Both the position numbers and the translations under genes were made by a program. A stretch of DNA of 64,000 nucleotides from Glycera tridactyla (Eukaryota), in NCBI GenBank assembly GCA_965644265.1, contig OZ286473.1, positions 72,354,001-72,418,000 of the forward strand. Direction: 5' to 3'. Numbering within the stretch: the stretch's first letter is position 1; each line of letters begins with the position of its first letter. The notes beneath the pieces are model-generated. The model was not told the DNA's origin. It did no database searches and saw only the letters and a list, made by a program, of their open reading frames with translations. This document shows, piece by piece, positions 1 through 8,376 of the stretch.

Positions 1-1
1 A

Positions 2-220
2 CAGTTGGTCGTTGTTGGCGGAATCATAGATTCCGATTATCGGGGGGAGATATGCGTTATTCTACATAATCTGTCTCCAACGGAAATCACTACTGTCAGT
101 GCTGGTAGGAAATTTGCGCAACTAATCATCCAACCCTATCAAAAAGAAGTTCATTTTTCATTGAAAAGGTCATTGAATAAAAGCGATAGAGGTTGCGAGG
201 GATTCGGATCGTTGGACTGA
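2..220 (+). CDS. dut: dUTPase, C-terminal part (5' end outside the window)
   Basis: Motif III GIIDSDYRGE, motif IV-like GRKFAQL and motif V DRGCEGFGS occur in the correct order. Confidence 0.93.
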   Translation, partial: QLVVVGGIIDSDYRGEICVILHNLSPTEITTVSAGRKFAQLIIQPYQKEVHFSLKRSLNKSDRGCEGFGSLD

Positions 221-223
221 TAA

Positions 224-853
224 ATGAAGGTGTACGTCATAGAAGGATTGATTGGAGCCGGCAAAAGTTACCTTCTGGCACGTTTGAAAAACGCTTTTAA
301 GCACGATCCTCAGTACAGGTTTATTGCAGAACCGGCACACCTCTTTCAGCATTTCTGCGAGCACAAAGTATTCTCCCTTCTGCAAGAAAACCCGAAAGAG
401 TACGCTGTTTGCTCTCAATTGCATATTTGTAGAACTTTAGCTCAATACTATCGTGTGCAAGCTGAACTCTGGAGCAGTGAACAGACAATTGTGACCGAGC
501 GGTTTCACACTTCTCCTATTATTTTCACCAACACTCTATATCGCCAGGGGTATTTGTCGACTTTTGCCCGCGATTTACTGCTGGACGTATCGCGAGAGTG
601 TTCCGCAAATCTCGACTTGGGAGCGGATGGTATATATTACCTGTCTACGGATATCGACACTTGTCTAAAACGCATTGAGGATCGCGGTCGTACCGGGGAA
701 GTAGAATTTGTGAAGAGACAATATCTTGAAAATCTTTCTACTTCTTACAGGGAATATTTGGACTCCGTTGAGACACCTGTGAAAGTATCAGCTCATTTTC
801 AAGATTTTGAAGAACTTTTGGAGAACGTCGTGCAGTTCATCACCCAGAAATGA
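224..853 (+). CDS. Deoxynucleoside kinase (dNK/TK2-like family)
   Basis: P-loop IEGLIGAGKS, ER-containing motif TERFHTSPIIF and lid motif RIEDRGRTGE; 209 aa. Confidence 0.9.
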   Translation: MKVYVIEGLIGAGKSYLLARLKNAFKHDPQYRFIAEPAHLFQHFCEHKVFSLLQENPKEYAVCSQLHICRTLAQYYRVQAELWSSEQTIVTERFHTSPIIFTNTLYRQGYLSTFARDLLLDVSRECSANLDLGADGIYYLSTDIDTCLKRIEDRGRTGEVEFVKRQYLENLSTSYREYLDSVETPVKVSAHFQDFEELLENVVQFITQK

Positions 854-1476
854 GTCCGCCCGAGTGTTGTATCTGGTGCGCCGATCCCAACTACCCGCTA
901 GTGTCGGGAAAGGCTTATTGTACCAAGTGCCAAGCTAAAGGCCAAGAATGCGTCCGATGTAAAAGACCGATGCCGAGCAAGTACTATACACTGAACTCGC
1001 GTAGGTGTAATGCTTGCCATAAGAAATACCTCAAAGAACGCAAGAACATCAAGAAACGCTCACACCCCAGCAGTGAAGAAGAAGAGGAGGAGGAGGAAGA
1101 AGACGTGGTGGAGATGAAAGAGTTGAGCGATAGCGATAGCTCCCCGCCGGAAGAAGAAGTAGAAGAAATCACTAAACCTCCAGCGAAGAAGATGAGGAAA
1201 ACTGCTTCCCCTAAACCCAGCACGTCGTCAGAAGCTAGAAAGAGTAGCAACGCAGCAGCGGAATCCTCTTCATCAGAAATTACCGCCGTAACAACTTCGT
1301 CGGGAGTAACGAGTGCTACTGCTACAGCTGCAACCACCACCGCCAAACCGAGAGCTCGGCGCCAATATACCCGACGCCCGAAAATCCCACCGTTCATCCA
1401 AGCAGTCAATGACACTCTGAAAAATCGAGTCGTCTTTGTGCCCATCATCTGGCCCGAAGACATCAACAAAGTATAA
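850..1476 (+). CDS. Cys-rich putative zinc-finger protein with acidic and Ser/Thr/basic low-complexity tail
   Basis: Four CxxC pairs (CIWC, CTKC, CVRC, CNAC), a poly-Glu run and basic clusters. ATGA overlap with the kinase stop. Confidence 0.75.
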   Translation: MSPPECCIWCADPNYPLVSGKAYCTKCQAKGQECVRCKRPMPSKYYTLNSRRCNACHKKYLKERKNIKKRSHPSSEEEEEEEEEDVVEMKELSDSDSSPPEEEVEEITKPPAKKMRKTASPKPSTSSEARKSSNAAAESSSSEITAVTTSSGVTSATATAATTTAKPRARRQYTRRPKIPPFIQAVNDTLKNRVVFVPIIWPEDINKV

Positions 1477-1821
1477 ATGTCACTCAACACCAATGCCCGC
1501 GTCATTCACGCCCTATCAAAATCTTCACCGAAACGAATGAAGGAGTTTGTCAGCGAAACAGATGATAAATTCATCAATTTTATTTGGAACTGTGCAGAAA
1601 AAATACGCAGAGGTGATATATCTTGCAATCGAAATACACTGAAGAAATATTTCAAGCAGACGAGAAAACGCCCGCGTAACTTGAGAGAGAAACAGGCTCG
1701 ATTACAGAGTGGTGGATTCATCGGTGCAATCGTGGGAGCATTAGCCCCTCTAGCCATAAAAGCCATCGCAGGTGCAATTGCTAAGAAGAATCGCAAACGT
1801 AAAAAACGGGCCCGAAAATGA
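1477..1821 (+). CDS. Small basic Polinton protein with GG-hydrophobic tail, resembling the adenovirus pX/mu precursor
   Basis: C-terminal QSGGFIGAIVGALAPLAIKAIAGAI followed by a K/R tail; starts immediately after the preceding TAA. Confidence 0.75.
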   Translation: MSLNTNARVIHALSKSSPKRMKEFVSETDDKFINFIWNCAEKIRRGDISCNRNTLKKYFKQTRKRPRNLREKQARLQSGGFIGAIVGALAPLAIKAIAGAIAKKNRKRKKRARK

Positions 1822-2072
1822 ATGTGAAAGATTGCTGTTGTTGTTTGAAAGAGGGTATGCAATTGAACGTTTCTTGCAAATATGCCTGTTGCAATTCTAC
1901 ATTAGATACACCAGATGGTTTTGAGCGACAAGAAGAGGATACACCTGAGGACGCTGTACCATCAAATTGGAAATGCTGCTGCTTTTTCTTCACCAGATCG
2001 CCTTTACCGGTGGGGGAAGAAACGTTTCAAAAGTTTGACTCGACGAGAAATTCGAGAATTCCTAGAGAGTGA
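1818..2072 (+). CDS. Possible small Cys-rich protein overlapping the integrase 5' end
   Basis: Begins with an ATGA overlap like neighbouring real genes and fills the 1822-1914 gap (MNVKDCCCC...CKYACC), but overlaps the integrase by 158 nt. Confidence 0.3.
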   Translation: MNVKDCCCCLKEGMQLNVSCKYACCNSTLDTPDGFERQEEDTPEDAVPSNWKCCCFFFTRSPLPVGEETFQKFDSTRNSRIPRE

Positions 2073-2871
2073 ACCCTCCTACACCCTGCATCGACCCGCC
2101 ATTAAGAAATTCCCGCGCAGACAAACTTATGCTAAACATGTGAACTACCTGTGGCAATTGGACTTGGTTGACGTGAGTACGTTAGCTAAAACCAATAGGA
2201 ATTATCGATTTTTGCTCGTGAAAATCGATGTTTTGTCAAGGTTAGCTCACGTTGTTCCCCTCAAAACGAAAAGTGCCAGTGATGTAGTGCATGGATTCAA
2301 GAAACTTTTGGCAAAAAGCAAACAACAACCTGTTAAAATTCAGACGGATCGAGGTCGGGAATTTTACAACAGACTGTTTAAAGCTCTCCTCCAGAAGAAA
2401 GGCATTGTGCATTACTCAACTTTGAACGTGGAAAAAGCTGCATTAGTTGAAAGATTGAACCGCACGCTGAAAAATATCATGTATAAATACTTCACTGCCA
2501 AAGACACCACATCATATTGGAGAGTGTTGGATAAAATTGTTGACACCTATAATTCCAGAAAACATCGGAGCATTGGGATTGCCCCCGCAAAAGTTACCAA
2601 AAAGAACCAGCACCAGATTTTTGAAAAGCTTTACGGCAAACATCCTCGCACGGTGGATTTAAACACTTCCAAGTACAAAGCCGGAGATCGCGTGAGAATT
2701 GCCAGATATCGCTATGTTTTCACCCGTGGATACACTCAGACATTCACCAAAGAAGTGTTTAGAATTCTGAAAGTTCTACCGACAAATCCTTTCACCTATG
2801 AACTGATCGATTCCACGGGTGATATAATTGTGGGGTCATTTTATGCCGCAGAACTCAGCCGAGTCGGATGA
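1915..2871 (+). CDS. int: Retroviral-type DDE integrase (Polinton family)
   Basis: Catalytic triad in WQLDLVD, IQTDRGREF and ERLNRTLK; C-terminal GSFYAAEL; 318 aa, uninterrupted. Confidence 0.95.
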   Translation: MVLSDKKRIHLRTLYHQIGNAAAFSSPDRLYRWGKKRFKSLTRREIREFLESEPSYTLHRPAIKKFPRRQTYAKHVNYLWQLDLVDVSTLAKTNRNYRFLLVKIDVLSRLAHVVPLKTKSASDVVHGFKKLLAKSKQQPVKIQTDRGREFYNRLFKALLQKKGIVHYSTLNVEKAALVERLNRTLKNIMYKYFTAKDTTSYWRVLDKIVDTYNSRKHRSIGIAPAKVTKKNQHQIFEKLYGKHPRTVDLNTSKYKAGDRVRIARYRYVFTRGYTQTFTKEVFRILKVLPTNPFTYELIDSTGDIIVGSFYAAELSRVG

Positions 2872-3524
2872 GTAATTTCAACGTTTTTGATGCCCGACTC
2901 AAATTCCCATTTTCTCTAGTCATTGGTGGACCGAGCCAATCTGGCAAGAGTACTTGGGTATGCGAGCTCATAGAACATGCTCCGAGGTTGATCGACACTC
3001 CTCTGAAAAAAGTAGTCTGGTTTTATGGGGAAATGAGCGACACTATTGTCTACCTGCATGCAGCCTACGGTTCATTTATTGAAACGGTGAAAGGTCTCCC
3101 CACGAGTTTCGAGGAATACCTCGTTTCTGGGACACTCATCGTGCTGGACGATTTGTATGCCGAAGCGGGGTCTTCCCAAGCCGTTGCCAAATTATTCACG
3201 CGTCAATCACACCACAGAAAAGTCGGGGTGATTCTCATCACGCAAAATATATTTTCGGAAGGCAAACAGCGGAAAACCATCACTAAATCTGCACACTATT
3301 GGGTTCTCTTCAACAACCCTCTGGATAGGAGCGTGGCATATTCGCTGGGCTTGAAAATCATGCCGCAGGACATCAAAACTTTCATGCATATATACAATGC
3401 CGCCACCAATAAGCCACACGGGATGTTATTTATCGATGGTACACAAGACATTGTGCCCGAGGCACGTTTTCGTTCGGATATATTCAACCCTCAGTATCAG
3501 TTAGTTTATATCCCCCTACGATGA
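2868..3524 (+). CDS. A32/FtsK-like DNA packaging ATPase
   Basis: Walker A GPSQSGKS, Walker B LIVLDD and the Polinton-type SHH...ITQN motif. Confidence 0.93.
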   Translation: MSNFNVFDARLKFPFSLVIGGPSQSGKSTWVCELIEHAPRLIDTPLKKVVWFYGEMSDTIVYLHAAYGSFIETVKGLPTSFEEYLVSGTLIVLDDLYAEAGSSQAVAKLFTRQSHHRKVGVILITQNIFSEGKQRKTITKSAHYWVLFNNPLDRSVAYSLGLKIMPQDIKTFMHIYNAATNKPHGMLFIDGTQDIVPEARFRSDIFNPQYQLVYIPLR

Positions 3525-3820
3525 ACTCGCGCACACGTCCATTTGTTGGTTTAGTCCACGTTACGGAATCTGTACAAAAAACAAAAGACCTGATCGAGTG
3601 GGGTTCTAAAGAACATATCGAGGCCTTATGCGAGTGTATATATAACATCCTGATTGGGAATGTTCCCATACCAAAGAGTCTGACAAGCCAGCTCAAACGA
3701 TCTCGGACTACATTGCGAGCTGTGATCGGTAAAAACATTTCTTTACGTATGAGGAGATTGCTGATAAAGAAAAAAATTCGCCTAGTGAAACGCATGTTGA
3801 AGCACACGTTGCGAAGATGA
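3521..3820 (+). CDS. Small basic Polinton protein, probable paralogue of 1477-1821 lacking the GG tail
   Basis: The segment IEALCECIYNILIGNVP aligns by eye with INFIWNCAEKIRRGDI of the 1477 ORF; K/R-rich C-terminus; ATGA overlaps at both ends. Confidence 0.7.
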   Translation: MNSRTRPFVGLVHVTESVQKTKDLIEWGSKEHIEALCECIYNILIGNVPIPKSLTSQLKRSRTTLRAVIGKNISLRMRRLLIKKKIRLVKRMLKHTLRR

Positions 3821-4368
3821 GTTTCACCGAAAGTGTCATCATCCCACTATCGGTGTTTGAAAAATGTAATTTCACCAAAGAAACAGAAGAAAACATATTA
3901 CTCGACGAGAAATTACCATCCAGTAAAAAAATGATGTTATATCAACAAAAACTGATGAGGAAAAGAACGAGAGAAGACCGTCTCAAACAGCCCGATACCA
4001 CAACAGACACCACACCATTTGCAGAAGACATCCTTTCTCGTACACCGAGTCGTCATCATCCCGTGGTGGACAACATCATCAAAATCGTCAAACAACACCC
4101 AGAGTCCATCAGATGGAATGAGAATTATGAAGTAGTTCTCAACGACAAATTACTACCGAACACCAATATCTTAGATATACTACAATATCTGTTGAACACC
4201 AAAGTGATCACGAGTGGACGAGATGTGCCTATAGCATCCGAAAGAATCAAGGAGGCATTACTAGATATTGGTGTTCCTTCCAGTTGGTTTCCCCGCAGAA
4301 GTTCTCGAAAGAAATCAGAAAGTCAAACAGGCAAAGGCAGATTGAAATGGGCGAAATGGCGACTTTGA
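3817..4368 (+). CDS. Conserved Polinton/Maverick protein of unknown function
   Basis: 183 aa. Motifs KKMMLYQQKL, IRWNENYEV..LPNTNILDI and LLDIGVPSSW recall the conserved protein usually found between the ATPase and minor capsid genes (from memory, not searched). Confidence 0.7.
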   Translation: MSFTESVIIPLSVFEKCNFTKETEENILLDEKLPSSKKMMLYQQKLMRKRTREDRLKQPDTTTDTTPFAEDILSRTPSRHHPVVDNIIKIVKQHPESIRWNENYEVVLNDKLLPNTNILDILQYLLNTKVITSGRDVPIASERIKEALLDIGVPSSWFPRRSSRKKSESQTGKGRLKWAKWRL

Positions 4369-5153
4369 AACATATGTACATCACCCTTCCTTCAAATGTA
4401 AGGTCAGACGAGTACAGCGAAAACATGATCGGGCATTATCATACCATCATACCAGAAACTCTTGATTTCTCCAATGGGCTGTGGGAATGTGCATTGGTCG
4501 AATTTGCTTTCCCCTGCACCTGGTATAACGTGACCGAATCGGAAAATGAGATAGCAGTCACTCTCGATCGTGGTGCAAGGAAAAGAACTCTAGATTCTCA
4601 TATTTCCGCCGGGTTTTATGAGTCCATCCCCAAATTGTTATCCGAGATGAATGACGTCATCGGAATAATGGGAGGGGTGTCAAGCAGGCTTGTTTTCAAC
4701 GAATTCAATAGAAAAGTCGGTTGTAAAGTTTATAATGGTGAAAAAATCCTGTTGAAAGCCGCCCTACGTCAAAAACTTGGATTTACACAACATGACGTTC
4801 TCGATCGTACGCGCTGGATTGCAAATCACCGATACACAACTGTCCATGCCGGTCACGTGGCCTGCTTAGATCCGTCACTTTACAATATATACATCTACTC
4901 GAACATTGTGAAAAACTCGGTGGTGGGCGGGGTCTATGCGCCTCTATTAAGAACCGTCACTCTCGATTCCACCGTAGGTATCTTGTCATACCAGAATATG
5001 ATATTTGACAGTCCTCATTATGTACCGCTAATACAAAGCTACGTAAAACACATCGAAATCAAAATTGCGGACGATCAAGGAGACGTCATCCCATTCAAGT
5101 TTGGAAAAATCATCGTGAAACTACACCTTCGTCAAAGACCCACGGCAATATGA
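4356..5153 (+). CDS. Minor capsid (penton-like) protein
   Basis: N-terminal YITLPSN...WECALVEF..P and C-terminal IYSNIV...PLLR...Y.PL...IEIKI.DDQG..IPF; lies upstream of the major capsid gene. The start could be 4347, 4356 or 4374. Confidence 0.85.
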   Translation: MATLKHMYITLPSNVRSDEYSENMIGHYHTIIPETLDFSNGLWECALVEFAFPCTWYNVTESENEIAVTLDRGARKRTLDSHISAGFYESIPKLLSEMNDVIGIMGGVSSRLVFNEFNRKVGCKVYNGEKILLKAALRQKLGFTQHDVLDRTRWIANHRYTTVHAGHVACLDPSLYNIYIYSNIVKNSVVGGVYAPLLRTVTLDSTVGILSYQNMIFDSPHYVPLIQSYVKHIEIKIADDQGDVIPFKFGKIIVKLHLRQRPTAI

Positions 5154-5545
5154 GACGATGCGGTTACACCCCGAACAAAAACTTTTACCAGAATTATTAT
5201 GCTGAAGGGAATGCTCTTCCCTATTTTCAGGGGGAATTATACCAGCGAGGAAGCGGACTCGGGTCGAGGATATTGTCCACGATGTGGAACATCGCAGGTC
5301 CCCTAATAAAACCCAGGGCAACCAAACTTCTCGGACAAATCACCAAGAAAGTCGGACTGAACCAAGGTGTGCGCAGTAAAATCGCAAGACGAGCCATCGA
5401 ATTAGGTCTGGATACGGTGGACAACCTGATACAAAAGACCAAGAAGAAAAAAACGAAACAACAGACTCGTAAACGCAAAAATCATCCGTCCCAAACTTCG
5501 AAAAGATCAAAACGGCGACGCGTGGTGGAAGACATCTTGGATTAG
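5150..5545 (+). CDS. Basic core protein (pVII-like)
   Basis: YY...LPYFQG..YQRGSGLG motif followed by an amphipathic helix and a K/R-rich C-terminus. Confidence 0.75.
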   Translation: MRRCGYTPNKNFYQNYYAEGNALPYFQGELYQRGSGLGSRILSTMWNIAGPLIKPRATKLLGQITKKVGLNQGVRSKIARRAIELGLDTVDNLIQKTKKKKTKQQTRKRKNHPSQTSKRSKRRRVVEDILD

Positions 5546-5554
5546 CGCGTCATC

Positions 5555-6892
5555 ATGAGTCTCATGCACAAATGTTCGCAAGAATGCCCCCGACCCGAGT
5601 TGAATTTATTCAGCATCCCACCAACTCAGACTAGCATATTGAAAGTACACTATAGAGATTATCACCCGTTGACGTCTCTCGACAGAGGAGGTCCCATCCA
5701 ATTTCGCATCATTTCTGGAGATACCGATTTCGTCGATCTTCGACATGCCGTCCTGTATCTCAAAATGAAAATCATAAAGACGAACGGAGATGACATCGCG
5801 GCACCTGCTGCAGATGCTACACCGACAAATCAATCCCTTGTTTACCCCATATGTTACATTCATGCCACTCAGTTCAAGAACATCGAAATCGCTGTCAATG
5901 GTCGACAAATCGGGGTGAGCGAAACCATGTACCCTTATAAAGCTTATTTCGAGGCTTTACTATCACACGGCGCAGATGCGAAAGATCACACTCTAGCTGC
6001 GGGTATGTTTTACCAAGATACTGGCGATTTCGACGAGAGAGATGTTGCTTCGGAATCACCGGCTGCGGGGAAAGGAGCTGTGTCCAGATTCAAAAAAACT
6101 CAATATTCAACTACATTTGAAACAATTGGCCAAATACACCACGAGTTGTTCAATCAAGATAAACTTCTACCTAACAACACAGAGATACGCATCGTTCTTC
6201 ATCGGGCCGATAACGCTTTCTCGCTGATGTGCAAATCAGACACTCATACCAATTTCAAGATAGAAATAAGCGATGCTCAGCTGAAAGTACCTCACTGCGA
6301 AATATCTTCTCACGTTTTAGAAGCACTTACCAAACAGCTTCAAACGCGACCTTACCTATACGAAATCAAGCGCACCAGAGTGCGTTGGTATAGTAGGAAT
6401 AGCGGAACGAGTGATTTGAGTGAGGCCAATCTGATCAACGGGATCATCCCTAGAAGAATCGTTCTAGGCATCGTTGAAAGTTCTGCTTTTTCCGGCTCGT
6501 TCCAACATTCTCCATTTAATTTTCAGCATTTCAAAGTCAGCTCGTTGGTGTTGAGAGTTGATGGGCTGACCGTCCCTTTTCAGTGTCTGTCCATGGATTA
6601 CGACGAGGACTGTTACATGCAAGCTTATTTATCGCTGCTGCAGTGCACGGGAATTCTCTACAAAGATGCAGGCATCAAGATCTCACCGAGTGCTTATCCC
6701 AACGGCATGTGTCTGTATGCATTTGATCTTGGATTAGCCAATCGCAGCTCGCTCAATCTTCTCCACGAGGGAACCGTGTCAGTCGAAATCAAATGTGCAG
6801 CTAACACCACCGCAAGTGCTACCGTGATTGCCTACTGCGAGATGGACGACATTTTGGAATTGGACAAAACAGGTGTCATAATCGATGATTGA
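5555..6892 (+). CDS. Major capsid protein (double jelly-roll, Polinton type)
   Basis: N-terminal C..PELNLFSIPPTQTSI, later PRRIVLG..SAFSG...SPFNFQHF; 445 aa, uninterrupted. Confidence 0.92.
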   Translation: MSLMHKCSQECPRPELNLFSIPPTQTSILKVHYRDYHPLTSLDRGGPIQFRIISGDTDFVDLRHAVLYLKMKIIKTNGDDIAAPAADATPTNQSLVYPICYIHATQFKNIEIAVNGRQIGVSETMYPYKAYFEALLSHGADAKDHTLAAGMFYQDTGDFDERDVASESPAAGKGAVSRFKKTQYSTTFETIGQIHHELFNQDKLLPNNTEIRIVLHRADNAFSLMCKSDTHTNFKIEISDAQLKVPHCEISSHVLEALTKQLQTRPYLYEIKRTRVRWYSRNSGTSDLSEANLINGIIPRRIVLGIVESSAFSGSFQHSPFNFQHFKVSSLVLRVDGLTVPFQCLSMDYDEDCYMQAYLSLLQCTGILYKDAGIKISPSAYPNGMCLYAFDLGLANRSSLNLLHEGTVSVEIKCAANTTASATVIAYCEMDDILELDKTGVIIDD

Positions 6893-7430
6893 AGAAATGA
6901 ACAACAGACAAATTAGCGCACTACTCAATAGTAACAGTACAGTATCCCGTGTTTTCAAAGGGGTATTCCCCCGAGACGCTGAACTTGAACGCGAGGACGG
7001 GGCTTATGTTTTCAATACAGATAAAACGGGTGACTCGGGTACACATTGGATTGTCTGTATCATCGATCGTAGTTCTCAGAATTTCTATTTTGATAGTTAT
7101 GGTTTACCCCCACTATTTGAGGAGTTTGAAATCTTCTTAGCACCCAGCTACGATTATAGTACTGAACAATTTCAACAATTTTATTCCTCTGTTTGTGGGC
7201 ATTATTGCGTGTATTATATCACCCAATACGCTAGAGGATTGACCCATAGTGAAATATTAGAAATTTTAGCTCAGAAACAAAATATAGATGTGTATGTAGC
7301 GTTATTCACCTCGCAAACATATAATGTCAATTTAGAAATATTTGATGTACCGTATGTGAGAAAACAAATTTCACAACTCCGTTCATATTTTCATAAAAAA
7401 TATGAACAGAAATTTGGCAATGAATCTTGA
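6885..7430 (+). CDS. Adenain/Ulp1-like cysteine protease (virion maturation)
   Basis: His in NTD...GTHW, Asp in YFDSYG and Gln/Cys in QQFYSSVCGHYC, in clan CE order. Confidence 0.93.
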   Translation: MIEEMNNRQISALLNSNSTVSRVFKGVFPRDAELEREDGAYVFNTDKTGDSGTHWIVCIIDRSSQNFYFDSYGLPPLFEEFEIFLAPSYDYSTEQFQQFYSSVCGHYCVYYITQYARGLTHSEILEILAQKQNIDVYVALFTSQTYNVNLEIFDVPYVRKQISQLRSYFHKKYEQKFGNES

Positions 7431-8343
7431 CCCGTCTGGCATTCAAGATCATCTTGGTTACCTTCAAAGACAGGTATTCGATGCTGACCCACAAAGACTT
7501 TTCTATCTGCTTGAAGGTCAGTATCTGTCTCCTCTCAACGCCCACCAGCTGAAAAAATCATTACTCTCATTCCGATTATCTGACCTGGAACAGTATGGGA
7601 GTTTTGTCATTAATTTCTGTGTCTACCAAGATATTAACAATTGCCAATCGATTGCCAAAGTTGATCATTGGGCAAGGATCAGCTATCAACAAATATACGC
7701 AATTCTAAGTACATTGAACAAGATGTTTGACATCGTGGATTCTCCTTCATCGAATCGAAAATTGCATGACTTCCATTATTTTTTGTACTTGTTCAAACTT
7801 AGAATTGAAGGATTGGTTCTGGCTACTAACTTTGATTTTATAGTAGAAGAGAGTCCTCTACCGAAACCCAGTCTTTTTTCTCTATGTTGGCACGTGTTGA
7901 TGAGAGACATCAGACTCTCTCATCAGAATCAAATATATAAAATACTTTTGACTGGTGCCACCAATCGCAAATTAGAACCACCATTGAACACACTGCATTA
8001 CCTTCCATATTTTGAAGAAACCAAACTGATTTGTGCGGTTCCAGTCAAATTTATTTTTAGATATACCAATTATTATACCAATCATCTTCCATTTGAACAG
8101 TTTCACAATCAAGAAACGAACCTCTGTTTAGTTTGTAATGCTAGAATTTTACATCTACCTGGGGATTTTTGTATTCACTCTTGCAAGTCATGTATAGGTC
8201 TTTGTCGCTGTCTTCCATGTTCTGACTGTGAATTCAATCAACGAAAAATATTTGATTTCCTGCGAAACTATAGAGGAAATCGTAATATTTGTTTGATGGA
8301 TTTATTGGAAGAAGATAGAACAAATGGGTACACTGTTTTGTAA
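7402..8343 (+). CDS. Orphan 313-aa protein with a BC-box-like motif and Cys-rich C-terminus
   Basis: Long ORF directly after the protease; contains PSLFSLCWHVL and CLVC...CIHSCKSC..LCRCLPCSDC. An alternative start lies at 7420. Confidence 0.7.
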   Translation: MNRNLAMNLDPSGIQDHLGYLQRQVFDADPQRLFYLLEGQYLSPLNAHQLKKSLLSFRLSDLEQYGSFVINFCVYQDINNCQSIAKVDHWARISYQQIYAILSTLNKMFDIVDSPSSNRKLHDFHYFLYLFKLRIEGLVLATNFDFIVEESPLPKPSLFSLCWHVLMRDIRLSHQNQIYKILLTGATNRKLEPPLNTLHYLPYFEETKLICAVPVKFIFRYTNYYTNHLPFEQFHNQETNLCLVCNARILHLPGDFCIHSCKSCIGLCRCLPCSDCEFNQRKIFDFLRNYRGNRNICLMDLLEEDRTNGYTVL

Positions 8344-8376
8344 ACCAAAAATTTGTTCTCTCTTTTTCAGCTCATA

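Noticed and set aside
4284-4355. Listed start of the minor capsid ORF at 4284
   Set aside because: Non-ATG start deep inside the upstream gene; family-like sequence begins after ATG 4356 or 4374.
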